Program-made: the position numbers and the translations under genes
Notes under the pieces: model-generated
Databases searched by the model: none
Seen by the model: the letters and a program-made list of their open reading frames with translations, nothing else
What the model was told of the DNA's origin: nothing
Assembly: GCA_963804165.1 (NCBI GenBank)
Contig: CAWDPO010000030.1
Location: 93,057-157,056, forward strand
Direction: 5' to 3'
Length of the DNA: 64,000 nt
Origin: an uncultured delta proteobacterium
Lineage (GTDB): Bacteria > Desulfobacterota > Binatia > UBA9968
Part shown: piece by piece, positions 21,285 through 32,507 of the stretch
Layout: each line of letters opens with the position of its first letter
Numbering within the stretch: the first letter of the stretch is position 1

Positions 21285-21385
21285 GGTCAACGTCAGAGCT
21301 AACCGGCGCACGCCATTTTTGCACGCGTGTAATGTTGATACGTCAGACAATGGCGTGCCCGGTTTCCACAAGCCAGACGTTAAGC
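21285..21385 (-). other. attC-like site
   Basis: GCTTAAC...GTTGACC with stem AACCGG-GCACGCCATT / AATGGCGTGC-G-CCGGTT. Confidence 0.55.
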
Positions 21386-21504
21386 CTTTGATCCATCAAC
21401 CTACTGAACGAATAAAATTTGTGCGGTGATTCGTAGGACGATAGAAGCGTAGATTACAACTGCTTCTCTCCGGTGTCCCGAATCATCTCGTCTTCGTTTT
21501 TTGG

Positions 21505-21804
21505 CTACTCTCTGGCGTTGCGCGTCGCCACCCATACAGAGAGCGCACCCATGCCGAGGCCGATCGCCAAGCCCAAGGCCACTGAGCGTAGCGGATCGCG
21601 CTTGACGCGATGGGCCGCATCTTCCATCAAGTCTTCAGCGGCATAACGGCTGTGCTTGGCCAACCGCTTGGCCTCAGTCACAGCATCTTCGACGGCGTGA
21701 GAAGCTGCAGCTTTCAAGCGCGCGGCTTCGCCTCCCACTTCCGCCAGCCGATCTCTAACGTGCATGCCTTTCTCGAGCAGACTGTGTTTCTCGTTCACTT
21801 CCAT
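21505..21804 (-). CDS. DUF883/ElaB/YqjD-like protein
   Basis: Amphipathic body plus 'VKRDPLRSVALGLAIGLGMG' tail; AGGAGG RBS. Confidence 0.8.
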   Translation of the reverse strand: MEVNEKHSLLEKGMHVRDRLAEVGGEAARLKAAASHAVEDAVTEAKRLAKHSRYAAEDLMEDAAHRVKRDPLRSVALGLAIGLGMGALSVWVATRNARE

Positions 21805-22137
21805 AATCGATTCCTCCTTTTTTCTAGAGGTTAAAGGTTGAGGAAGGTTTACTAACTGCTGGTTTTCTTCTTCCCGGCTGCACCTGACAGTCGACGGATC
21901 GGAAAATAGAGTCCGGGTCTTTGTTGCGCTGTGGGTTTTTACACTTCACATACCCAACCGCAATAGCGAAAGCGTTGAGTGGGCTTTTTAGCTAAGTTCT
22001 TTTTTCTTTGTGTAGACATGAGTTGAGTTTAACAAACGGGCTGTGTCACCGCTAGACGCTTTACTCAATACTGAGAGAGCCGAATAACTCCGCCAATTCA
22101 GAGGAAAAATCCCGTTCTCTCCGCTATCCAATGCCTC

Positions 22138-22638
22138 ATGGCAGGGTTACGCGGCAAATCAGGCCCACCGGGCAATCAGAACGCCTTCCGCCACGGTCTG
22201 GCTGGGATCTCGCAGCGACGGATCAACGGCGCACTGAACCCCGCCGAACAGTCCATTCGAGAAGAAATCCTAGACGGTCTAATCACTGATAAGGGCGGTG
22301 AGCCCCAGATAAGCACTGGCCTGCCCGTGCTGGCCGAGATCATCGCGAGCGATGTGTCTCTGCTGGTCACCTTCAACCAGGCCATTGAGGGCGTCATCCA
22401 GAGGGCGAATCCCAAGGCGCTGGCTCAATTGGACGGCTACAAAAGACCGCTCGTGGGATCTCTATCGGCGAATCTCCAGCGGTTCGGTATGGACAAGGTC
22501 GCCAAATTGGAATCTCTTCAGGAAATCATTGCCGAGATGACCGAGGACGATGGGAACGGCGAGAATTCAAACACAGACGGGCCCATTACGACGGCCGTTG
22601 GTTCGTCATTCGGTATAAGCAATTCTGTGAGAAATTGA
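22138..22638 (+). CDS. Hypothetical protein with terminase-small-subunit-like N-terminus
   Basis: 'GKSGPPGNQNAFRHG' motif. Confidence 0.55.
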   Translation: MAGLRGKSGPPGNQNAFRHGLAGISQRRINGALNPAEQSIREEILDGLITDKGGEPQISTGLPVLAEIIASDVSLLVTFNQAIEGVIQRANPKALAQLDGYKRPLVGSLSANLQRFGMDKVAKLESLQEIIAEMTEDDGNGENSNTDGPITTAVGSSFGISNSVRN

Positions 22639-22682
22639 GCGCTACGGGGTGAGTGGGTCATCTCTGATGGATTTTATCTGGT

Positions 22683-22952
22683 ATGAACGTTTATAATAGG
22701 GCTGAAAGCATGGCAAACCAAATAAAAGGTTCGTGTTCATACCGTGGCCACGCGATAGATTTTGCGACCGAGGAACACGACGGTCTCTGGGAAACCGCGG
22801 GTAGGTTTCAATCGCGTAAGGGAAGCTTGGGCATCACGGTCTACAACGATGGGATAAAAGGTTTTAGTTCCAAAGAACAGGCCGAAGATGCCACCATCAG
22901 TTGGGTGAAACAATGGATCGATGAAAATCTCCCAGAGTCCCCACGACCCTGA
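22683..22952 (+). CDS. Hypothetical protein
   Basis: Protein-like ORF ending 'A..W.KQWID'. Confidence 0.5.
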   Translation: MNVYNRAESMANQIKGSCSYRGHAIDFATEEHDGLWETAGRFQSRKGSLGITVYNDGIKGFSSKEQAEDATISWVKQWIDENLPESPRP

Positions 22953-22984
22953 AATGCCGCCGTATTACACGCAATCACCAATAA

Positions 22985-23191
22985 TCACCGCCGCTGCCTA
23001 ACGGCTTTGCTATCGGCCGCATGCTTCGCTGGTCTTTTTAGCAGGACAGTATCGCTTTGCGCCACGTACGCCACGGCTTCCCATTCCTCGCGACCGAGAT
23101 CGTTCAAAATCTGCTCATGCTTTTTCCGCTGGTGCGGTTCTGTGGCATCAACAAGCAATCCGAGCGCAACTATTTTGTATTCCCATTGCAT
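22985..23191 (-). CDS. DUF4177 protein
   Basis: 'MQWEYKIV', 'LNDLGREEWE', 'LKRP'. Confidence 0.8.
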   Translation of the reverse strand: MQWEYKIVALGLLVDATEPHQRKKHEQILNDLGREEWEAVAYVAQSDTVLLKRPAKHAADSKAVRQRR

Positions 23192-23523
23192 ATAACCGCC
23201 TATTTCTCGGGCGTGCGCAGCTACGGCTCAATCTGCCAATCTATAGGTGCTGGTTCTTTCCATCCCACCACACCTGTAACGCCGGCGTATTGCAAGCTAT
23301 CCTCCCTCTCGATCACCGGTGCTGCCGGATCGTGTTTCACTGACTACCGGAAAAAGCTCTCGCTGATTCCAAGCTGAGCAGCCGCACTCCTGAGTAGTGC
23401 AAATCATAGTCAGCGTATGCTGCTGCCATTCCAATAATCTTGTCTGATCCGGCTGAAATATACAGTGACAGATTGTTCCTGAGCGGGGGAGTCGTGGGCC
23501 GTTGGAAACCAGAAGGGAAAAAT

Positions 23524-23570
23524 GTGGCCAGGGACGGAGTCGAACCGCCGACACGAGGATTTTCAGTCCT
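23524..23570 (-). repeat. Exact 47-bp duplication of the tRNA-Phe 3' part (att site C)
   Basis: GTGGCCAGGG...TTTTCAGTCCT is identical to 38992-39038. Confidence 0.95.
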
Positions 23571-23713
23571 GCGATGGTACCGGGACTATGTGTCACCATT
23601 GGTCGTCAACTGAATGAATCCAAGCGTCTGAAGCCGGTATGGTCGTGCTCCATTCTCCGATAGAGACACATTGAAACAAATAGTTCTGGCAAAGTTGTGA
23701 CAAAGTAAGTCGA

Positions 23714-24094
23714 TTACCCATCAACTTTAGCGATTAATCGTTCTACTTCCCCGAGAAATTCCTTCAGGTTGAGCGGCTTGGTCTGGTAGCCGTCGAATCC
23801 TTCCGCCAACATCGTTTGTCTGTTGTGTGTCATCGCCGATGCCGTGATGGCGACTATCGGTATGCGGTTAGTTTTCGGCGCAGCCTTGAGCTGCTTCATC
23901 GCCGTTATGCCGTCCATACCAAGGAGCTGGATGTCCATCAGGATCAGAGCGGGAGTTTTTTCCTCTGCGAGCTTTAGTCCATCCTCGGCGGTCTCGGTGT
24001 CGATAGTTTGATAGCCCTTGACCTGAAGTAAGTCACGAATGAGCTTACGATTTTTCTCATTGTCCTCAATGATCAGTATTAGTTCGTTGGCCAT
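23714..24094 (-). CDS. Single-domain response regulator (DivK-like)
   Basis: 'IIEDN', 'LMDIQL', 'TKP'. Confidence 0.9.
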   Translation of the reverse strand: MANELILIIEDNEKNRKLIRDLLQVKGYQTIDTETAEDGLKLAEEKTPALILMDIQLLGMDGITAMKQLKAAPKTNRIPIVAITASAMTHNRQTMLAEGFDGYQTKPLNLKEFLGEVERLIAKVDG

Positions 24095-27000
24095 CAAATT
24101 TCTCTTGGTTGAGCGGCAAAGTAAACGTGAATGTACTGCCTTTGCCAACTGCGCTTTCGACCCAAATCTTCCCGCCATGCAACTCGACAAACTTTCGAGT
24201 GAGCGTTAACCCGAGTCCCGTCCCTTCGCGCTTTTTGGAATAATCGGTACCGACCTGACGAAACTCTTCAAAGATCGTCTCCTGGTTTTCGGGGGCGATG
24301 CCGAAGCCCGTGTCGCTCACCGATATCTCCACCGCTCCATTGGTCAGCGTGGCATCGACGTCGATACGTCCACCTTCCGCGGTAAACTTGACTGCATTCG
24401 ATAGAAGATTCAAAAGAATTTGCTTGAACTTTCGCTCGTCGCCGAGGACCTCACCCAGCCGCTCGTCTACGCTATGCTCTAGCCGAATACCATGGCGAGT
24501 CGCCCGTTCTCGTATGAGAATCAACGCGTTGTCGATCGCAGTTGCGATGTCGAACTTCGTCAGATCCAATTCCATCCGCCCCGCTTCGACTTTGGACAGA
24601 TCCAGAATATCATTGATCAGTGAAAGAAGATGGCGACCCGAGGAGACGATATCGTCCATATATTCGTTCTGCTTGTCGTTCAGTTCGCCGAACATCTTCT
24701 CTGAGAGAACCTCGGAGAACCCAATGATTGCGGTCAATGGCGTGCGCAGCTCGTGGGACATATTGGCAAGAAATTCTGATTTATGCCGGTTGGCCGTCTC
24801 GATCTGTCGGCTCTTATCCTCAATTTCACGGAACAACCGTGCGTTTTGGATAGCCAGGGCGGACTGGGTCGCAAAGGTTTGCATGAGATTCACGACTTCG
24901 GTTGAGAAGTTGCCCGCTTCCTTGCGCCAGACCGTTAACGCACCCATGATTCGCTCCTCGCGCAGCAGCGGAACTGCCAGAACAGAGCGATAGCCGAGAC
25001 GTGCAAGCATGGGCCGCACCCGAGTACCCGTATATTCTCGCTCCTCTAAAATGTCCGGCACTTGAACTGGCGCACGAACCGTCGCCATTTGGCCCGTCGC
25101 GCCCTGCCCCGGACGGAGCGGTGTCCCCTGGAGCGCCTGAACTATCTCTTCCTCCATGCGGAAACTTGTCCTGAGGTGAAACTCTTGCGCAGCTTCGTCG
25201 AACTCGTAAATAACGCCGCCACTGGTTCCGGAGAGCTGCACCGCATGTCCAACGATGGCGCTAAGCACAGTTTGGAGATCGAGTGTAGAGCTGACGGCTT
25301 GGCCTACGTCTCCCAAAGCTTTGAGTTCGCCAACCGATCGCGCTAGATCCTTTGTTCGTTCCTCCAGTTCCTTAAACAGCCGCACGTTCTCGATGGCGAT
25401 GACGGCCTGGTCGGCGAAAGTTTTAAGAAGGGCGATTTGCTTTTCGGAAAACGGACGGACCTCGGTACGGCGAATAAAAATAGCCCCAATCGGAATACCT
25501 TCGCGCAGCAATGGTGTGGCAAGCACAGTGCGGGCACCAGTAGCTGGTTGTATACTCTTCGATTCTGGGAACTCGATTTCAAGCTCTGCGGCAAGATCAT
25601 GGACGTGGATCGTTTGCCGGTCAACGATGGCTCGGCCAATGGGGTTGCTGCGACTGATCGCGGAAGAGGCGGCTGGGACGGGTATTGATCCATATCTTGC
25701 CACGTGTCGAAGAACGTCACCCTCGACGCGAACAATCTGGGCATCATTCGCGTCGCACAGCCGGGCCGCATTCTCCGCGACGACATCCATCACCGGTTGT
25801 AGATCGGTCGGCGAACTGGCGATGACTTCTAAAATCTTTCTGGTCGCGGTTTGCTGCTCCAGGGCCTCGGTGAGATCGCGGTTGCGCGTCTGTAGTTCCT
25901 GGAGCAAGCGCGTGTTCTCGATTGCGATTACCGCTTGATCCGCGAAGGTCGTCACTAAGTCGATCTGCTTGTCTGTGAACGGCCGCGCGTCCGAGCGATT
26001 GAGCGTGATGACGCCCAGCAGATCGTCTCCCCGGAGCATCGGGACGCCCAGCACTGACCGATAGGTTGCACTTGCCAGGCAGCATAGGTGTACTCCGAAT
26101 CCGCCAGGATGTCGGGTATGTGGATAGTCTGTCGCTCGAGCGCCGCCCTCGCGGTGACACTGTCACGTCCAGGAACGATCGGGTTTTGCGCCACGAAGTC
26201 TCGTAGCTCCGCGGAAGCGTTGTAGGCGACCGCCAGGTTTAACTGCCCTTCCTCAAACCGGAGGAGAAATGCCTGCTCCGCTCCGCATAGCGTCGCCGCA
26301 TTCTCAGCGAGCGTTTCCAGTACGGGTTGTAGGTCGAACGCAGAGCGACTAATGACCTTGAGCACCTCACTAGTGGCTGTTTGCTGCTCGAGAGCTTCGG
26401 TGAGATCACGGTTGCGCGCATCGAGCTCCTTGAACAGCCGCACGTTCTCGATGGCGATCACGGCTTGGTCAGCGAAGGTTTTGAGAAGAGAGATATGTTT
26501 CTCCGCGAAGGGACGGACCTCCGTGCGGCGAATCGAAATAGCGCCGATAGGGACATCCTCACGCAGTAGCGGCGTGAGCAGCATCGTTCGAGTACCACTG
26601 TCGCGCTGAAGTGCTCTCGCCTCCGGAAACTCCGTCTCAATTTCTGCCGCGACATCATGAATGTGGATCGTCTTTCGGTCGATAATGGTTCGTCCGACCG
26701 GCAAGCCGCGACTCAACGGCCGATAGTAATTCTGAAGGGCTGGTACAGGCCCACAATGCGCTACCGGCTGAGCGTGGTCCGATTCCACGCGATAGATGAT
26801 AGCGTCTTTCGCATCACATAACGTTGCAGCATTCCGGGCAACGACATCCAATACGGGTTGAACATCGGTCGGCGAGCTGGCGATGACACCCAAGATCTCA
26901 CTCGTCGCGGTCTGCTGCTCCAATGACTCCTTGAGCTCGTTGAACAGTCGCACGTTCTCGATGGCAATGACCGCCTGATCGGCGAAGGTTTCGAGCAGCT

Positions 27001-30000
27001 TGATCTGCGCCGGCGTGAAGGGGCGCACCTCAATCCGACGTGCCGTCAGTGTTCCAATAATTTCCCCCTGCTGACGAAGGGGAACGATTAACAAGCTAAG
27101 TGCGATGGTACCGAGCGTTGGGAAATCATTCCTCTGCGCACGGACATCGGGAACGTGGAGCGTGCCGTGCTCGCACATCCAGCGAAACTGTGGCGTATCA
27201 GTATTGAGCGCTTCACGGCCAATGGGTATGGGTATGGGACCAAAATGAGCCCGCGCAACCATCTTGTTGTCCTCGCGGAGCCGGAGCACCACGTCATCAA
27301 TTCCACAAACTCGGGCGGCGCTCTCCACGATAGCGTCGAGTACCGGCTGCACGTCCGTGGGTGAGCGGCTGATGATGCCGAGCACCTCGGACGTTGCCGT
27401 CTGATGCTCCAGCGCTTCGCGCAACTCCGCGTTACGCTCCTGGAATTCTTGGAACAGCCGCACGTTCTCGATGGCGATCACCGCCTGGGAGGCGAACGTT
27501 TCGAGCAGCTTGATCTGTTTCTCCGTGAACGGTCGCACCTCCAATCGGCGGATCATAATTGCGCCAATGGAAAGACCCTCGCGAAGCAGTGGCGTAGCCA
27601 AAATTGTGCGGGAACCAGTAATCTGGTGACGGGGTTTAGACTCCGGATACTCGGTTTCAAATTCCGCTGCTATGTCCTCGACATGGATCGTTGTTCGGTC
27701 GAGCATAGCTCTGCCTGCCGGTGTCCCTCTCGTGTCAGGAAACACCTCTCCTAGCTGCATGCTCATTGGCAATGATCCATATGCGCGCCACAGCGCGAGT
27801 AATGTCTCCATCACGGCGAAAGATCACTGCATCCATCGCATCGCACAGTCGGGCGGCGCTCGCTGCGACTGCATCTAGCACTGGTTGAATGTCAGTCGGC
27901 GAACTCGCGATTACACCAAGAATTTCGCTCGTCGCCGTTTGCTGCTCCAGTGATTCCTTCAACTCGTTGGAACAACCGTACATTCTCAATCGCAATAACC
28001 GCCTGATCGGCGAAGGTTTCCAACAGCTTGATCTGCGCCGGGGTGAAGGGGCGTACTTCGATGCGGCGTACGATTAACGCACCGATGAATTGCTTTTGCT
28101 GTGTAAGAGGGACGCCCAAGAAAGTGCGCCAGTCACTGACCGAACCCACTGTTGGTATAATGTTCTGCTCGCGGCGGTCGGGAATATGCAGCGTGCCATG
28201 CTCGCGCATCCAGCGAAACCGTGGTTCATCATTACTCATTCCGGCGCGACCAATGGCTATGGGGCCAAAATGAGCCCGCACAGTCATAGTGTTTCCTTCC
28301 TGAAGTCGCAGCGCCACGTCATCGATCCCACAGACCCGCGCCGCGCTCTCGACAATCTCGTTTAGCACCGGCTGCACATCAGTGGGCGAGCGGCTAATGA
28401 TACCAAGCACTTCGGATGTTGCCGTCTGATGCTCCAGCGCCTCGCGTAGTTCCGCGTTGCGCTCCTGGAGTTCCTTGAAAAGCCGCACGTTCTCGATCGC
28501 GATGACGGATTGGGAGGCGAAGGTTTCGAGAAGTTTGATCTGCTTGTCCGAGAACGGGCGCACTTCGGTGCGCGCGAATCATGATAGTCCCAATGGGGGT
28601 TCCCTCGCGCAGCAAGGGGGTGGCCAGTACGGTGCGATGTCCCGTACGTCTCGTGAAAGCTCAAACCTTCTGGAAACTCGGCTTCAGCCTCTGCCGCCAT
28701 ATCGTGAAGGTGGATCGTTCGTCGGTCGACCACGGCGCGACCATTCACCGATCCGCGGCTGACAAGAAGACTGCTCTTCACTGCCCGCCCAGAAAATCGG
28801 CCCATAATGCGCGGCTCGGTCAAGCACGTTAGCGTTAACGCGGAAGATAACAGCATCGTTTGCGCCACACACACGGGCAGCGTTCTCCGCGACTACGTCC
28901 AGCACCGGCTGAATATCCGTCGGCGAGCTGGCGATCACGCCCAGTATCTCGCTCGTCGCCGTCTGCTGCTCCAAGGATTCTTTGAGTTCTTGAAACAGCC
29001 GCACATTCTCGATTGCGATCACCGCCTGGTCCGCGAAGATCTTTAGAAGAGCGATTTGCTTTTCGGTAAACGGACGAACTTCTGTGCGACGAACTCCAAT
29101 GCACCCGATGGCCACACCTTCTCTCAGCAACGGTGTGTTAAGTACGGTTCGAACACCAGTGATTTGCTGGGGAATCCTAGAATCGGGATATTCGGTGCCG
29201 ACCTCCGCTATATCGTGGATGTGAATGGTTTCGCGGTCGATGATGGCGCGGCCAGGAGGAAAGTCTCGACTTAACGGCAGAAAACTAGCGGTGGGTATCG
29301 GCCCGTACTTTGCCAGTATCCGAAGGTGGTTACCTTCGGGCTGAACTATCACGCCGTCGATCGCATCACACAGCTTGGCAGCATTCTCCGCAACCACGTC
29401 AAGCACCGGTTGTAAGTCCGTCGGAGACCTGGCAATCACGCCCAAAATTTCACTTGTAGCGGTTTGTTGTTCCAGAGACTCTTTCAGCTCTTGGAAAATC
29501 CGGACGTTCTCAATGGCGATCACAGCCTGATCGGCGAAGGTTTTTACCAGTTCGATCTGTTGCTGAGTAAAACCTTCGACCAAATTACGCCAAATTGTGA
29601 TGGCTCCAATTGGGGTTTCCTCTCGCAGGAGGGGCACCCCTAAAAGCGTTCGTGCCCCCCTCTGAACTGCTAGATGGAAAGAAACTGGATCCGCCTGGGC
29701 ATCAAGCACATGGATTGGTTTTTTCTCGAAAAAAACGCGGCCGCCAAACATGTTCTCCGGGGTCACCCGAATAGGTCTACTTTGAAGAAGGGCGATCTGT
29801 TCAGAAGTCTCACCATAGTGAGCGACCACTCGCAAATATTCCCCATCGTACCTACGTAAATGACCTTGAGTCGCTCCTGCTAGCCTGACGGCATTTGCAA
29901 TCACAGTGTCCAGCACCGGCTGAATGTCTACCGGCGAGCTTGCGATCACGCGTAGGATATCGCTCGTCGCAGTCTTCTGCTCCAAGTCTTCGGAGCGCTG

Positions 30001-30147
30001 GCGCTTACAATCCTGAAGCTCTCTGCCCAATTCGGCGAGTTGCCGGCGTAGCTCTGCAATGGTCTGCGCTTCTTTGGCCAGGGGTGTTTTCGCGGCAGCA
30101 CTGCGTGCTTTGGTTTTTTTGTTCTTGGAACTTTCTTTGGTCGCCAT
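24066..30147 (-). CDS. Giant multi-GAF (10) sensor histidine kinase, ~2000 aa, several frameshifts
   Basis: Ten QAVIAIEN-type repeats with EQQTATSE linkers; HisKA 'MSHELRTPL' and HATPase boxes. Confidence 0.88.
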
Positions 30148-30269
30148 AAAACAAAAACGACCGAGTGGGAATGTTGGTCGCGGGAGAAACTGGAGATAGG
30201 GGTACGCTCTGGCAGCAGGCTTCCCCAGCGGCTGAGCTGACTTTTACTTCAGGTGGTCGGTGGCGTCAA
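30148..30269 (-). promoter_or_regulatory. sigma70 promoter and structured leader of kinase 1
   Basis: TTGACG-N17-TAAAAG; stem plus terminator-like hairpin; homologous to 60146-60278. Confidence 0.6.
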
Positions 30270-30345
30270 CCGAGAACTGAACGCACATTCAGCGAAGGTT
30301 TGCTCGATTGGCGTTGCAGTCGACCGTAATATCGCGGAGTTGATT

Positions 30346-30372
30346 GATACGAGGATTGCCAATTCTTGTGTC
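30346..30372. repeat. att-like core D
   Basis: GATACGAGGA-TTGCCAA-TTCTTGTGTC. Confidence 0.55.
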
Positions 30373-30483
30373 GTCAACCGCGAAAAAAATCTTTCCATAC
30401 CGGCGAATATTTCCGAGAACAAAAGACTGTGAGAGCCAATCGGAAGGACTGGAAGCCGGATCGTCGGAACCGGAAATCTTTAT

Positions 30484-30648
30484 CGCCCAGTTCCGACGCC
30501 CGGCCCAGGGACAATCACCCGTTCCTTTTGAAACCCGCCACGCCGGGAGAACGGCTCTTTGCCCCGAAATGTCTGTAGCACCGGCAGCGTCCACAACCCG
30601 TAGGGTTTGGCGGGTGGGATCACTATGCGTTCAATTTGGTGATGTCAA
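30484..30648 (-). ncRNA. Candidate structured ncRNA with promoter (copy 1)
   Basis: Near-identical to 33237-33417; nested stems; TTGACA-N17-TAGTGA. Confidence 0.45.
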
Positions 30649-30793
30649 TTCGTCACAAAATGAAGAAATGTTCTTGTGTTGACAGACTTACATGAAGTGA
30701 TATTGGTCGCTGCATAGACGGTCTCCCTCCAGCAGTGGTACAGCTCTTCCTCGAAGTGAATTGAACAGAAGTTCCAGCCGCGAGGAGAAAACG

Positions 30794-31675
30794 ATGAAAA
30801 CTCTGCGACGTTTAGTAATCGTACTTTCGTGTCTTACAGTAGCGTTCACGACTAGCTTCGCACAGGAAAAGTTTTTCGATTCCAATGGGGTGCGCATTCG
30901 ATATGTCGAACAGGGCAATGGAGATGCAATCCTCTTGATTCACAATTTCGGGAATAGCCTCGACCGCTGGATTGCTTTGGGCGTACTGCCGAATCTCGCT
31001 CGGGATTACAGAGTTATTGCCTTTGACGTGCGCGGCCATGGAAAGAGCGGGAAACCGCAAGACGCGAATGGCTATGGAAAGGAGATAAGTCTAGATGCTG
31101 TTCGTCTGTTGGATCACCTCGGGATCCAAAAGGTGCACATGATCGGATACTCGATGGGGGCCCGCCTTACAGCGCAACTTTTGACAACTCACTCCGAGCG
31201 CTTTATCACCGCTACGCTCGGAGGCCACGCAGGCGTATTTCGCTGGACCCGCGAAGATACTGAACGCATTGAGCAGGAGGCATCTGAGATAGAACGCGAG
31301 TGTGTGAGCCGGACTCAGCTTTACCGTAATGCTCCCAAGCTGGACGAGGAGGAGATAAAAAAGCGGTCAACGGCCTGTATGGCCGACCCCAACAAAGACC
31401 GATTCGCACTGGCGGGAGTTAGACGCTCCCGTAAGAATTGGGTCATCACGCCCGCACAGGTTGCAGCCGTGAAAGTACCGACCCTCGCGGTTGTTGGAAG
31501 TCTCGATGGATCGCTCAAGGATTTTTACGATCTGAAGAAACTACGGCCGGATGTGAAGCTGGTTATCTTAGATGGTGCCACGCATGTTGGAGATCGTGGG
31601 GTGGAACGTCGGCCCGAATTCGTCGGGGCCATTCGGGAGTTCATTGCCTCCAATCGAGCGGCGTTGTCGCGGTGA
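30794..31675 (+). CDS. Secreted alpha/beta hydrolase
   Basis: Signal peptide, 'DVRGHGKS', 'GYSMG'. Confidence 0.9.
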   Translation: MKTLRRLVIVLSCLTVAFTTSFAQEKFFDSNGVRIRYVEQGNGDAILLIHNFGNSLDRWIALGVLPNLARDYRVIAFDVRGHGKSGKPQDANGYGKEISLDAVRLLDHLGIQKVHMIGYSMGARLTAQLLTTHSERFITATLGGHAGVFRWTREDTERIEQEASEIERECVSRTQLYRNAPKLDEEEIKKRSTACMADPNKDRFALAGVRRSRKNWVITPAQVAAVKVPTLAVVGSLDGSLKDFYDLKKLRPDVKLVILDGATHVGDRGVERRPEFVGAIREFIASNRAALSR

Positions 31676-31679
31676 ATGA

Positions 31680-32372
31680 ATGAAGCAGATAGTTGCTATG
31701 GGTGGCGCGGGGTTTCTGATGGAGGATACTCCGCTGCTCGATGATTTCATCCTGTCGCGCGCCAAGGGGAAGGAGTCCAGACTCTGCTTCCTTGCGACTG
31801 CCAGCGGCGACAGTGATCGAATGTTGGTCAACTTCTACACAGCACTTGGTGCTCGTTGCAGCGCGAGTCACCTTGCCCTTTTCCGCCGGACGCATGCGGA
31901 CATCGCAGGTTATCTTCTCAAGCAGGATATCGTGTATGTCGGCGGCGGTAATACCGCCAACATGCTGGCAGTCTGGCGAACTCACGGTGTTGACAAGGCG
32001 CTAGCGCGTGCCTACGAGCACGGTGTCGTCCTGTGTGGCGTCAGTGCAGGAGCGCTCTGTTGGTTCGACTGTGGCGTTACTGATTCATTTGGACATCTTG
32101 CGCCGCTGCACGGACTCTTGGGATTGCTGCCTGGGAGTTTCTGCCCGCACTACAATGGAGACGCGGGAAGACGTCCGACCTATCACCGCCTCATACGGGA
32201 AGGAATGAAGGCAGGCTTCGCGGCTGATGTGGGTGCTGCCCTGTACTTTGCGAATGGAACGCTGGCTGAGGTCGTGACTTCAGCTCCCAATGCTGCCGCG
32301 TACAGGGTCGAATGTCGCGAAGACATAACACATGAAGAGCAGTTGGCAACGCGATATCTCGGAAACCGCTGA
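31680..32372 (+). CDS. Peptidase E (S51) family
   Basis: 'ATASGD', 'VGGGNT', 'GVSAGA', 'CPHY'. Confidence 0.9.
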   Translation: MKQIVAMGGAGFLMEDTPLLDDFILSRAKGKESRLCFLATASGDSDRMLVNFYTALGARCSASHLALFRRTHADIAGYLLKQDIVYVGGGNTANMLAVWRTHGVDKALARAYEHGVVLCGVSAGALCWFDCGVTDSFGHLAPLHGLLGLLPGSFCPHYNGDAGRRPTYHRLIREGMKAGFAADVGAALYFANGTLAEVVTSAPNAAAYRVECREDITHEEQLATRYLGNR

Positions 32373-32431
32373 AAACGCCTACGGCTTTTTCGATTTCTGG
32401 CACGGCCTCCGAGATCGGCAGCGATGAAAAT

Positions 32432-32469
32432 GGTTCGAACTGTCGACAGGAGGATTGCCAATTCTCGTG
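32432..32469. repeat. att-like core E with decayed tRNA T-arm
   Basis: GGTTCGAACTGTCGACAG-GAGGA-TTGCCAA-TTCTCGT. Confidence 0.6.
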
Positions 32470-32507
32470 CCGCAGCGATTGATTTGTAGCAAGTCGACGA
32501 GCACCCC

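Noticed and set aside
24800-29950. Regularly recurring ~60-100 bp DNA repeats as a CRISPR or DGR signal
   Set aside because: They are the coding GAF linkers spaced about 500-600 bp apart; no cas or reverse transcriptase genes are present.
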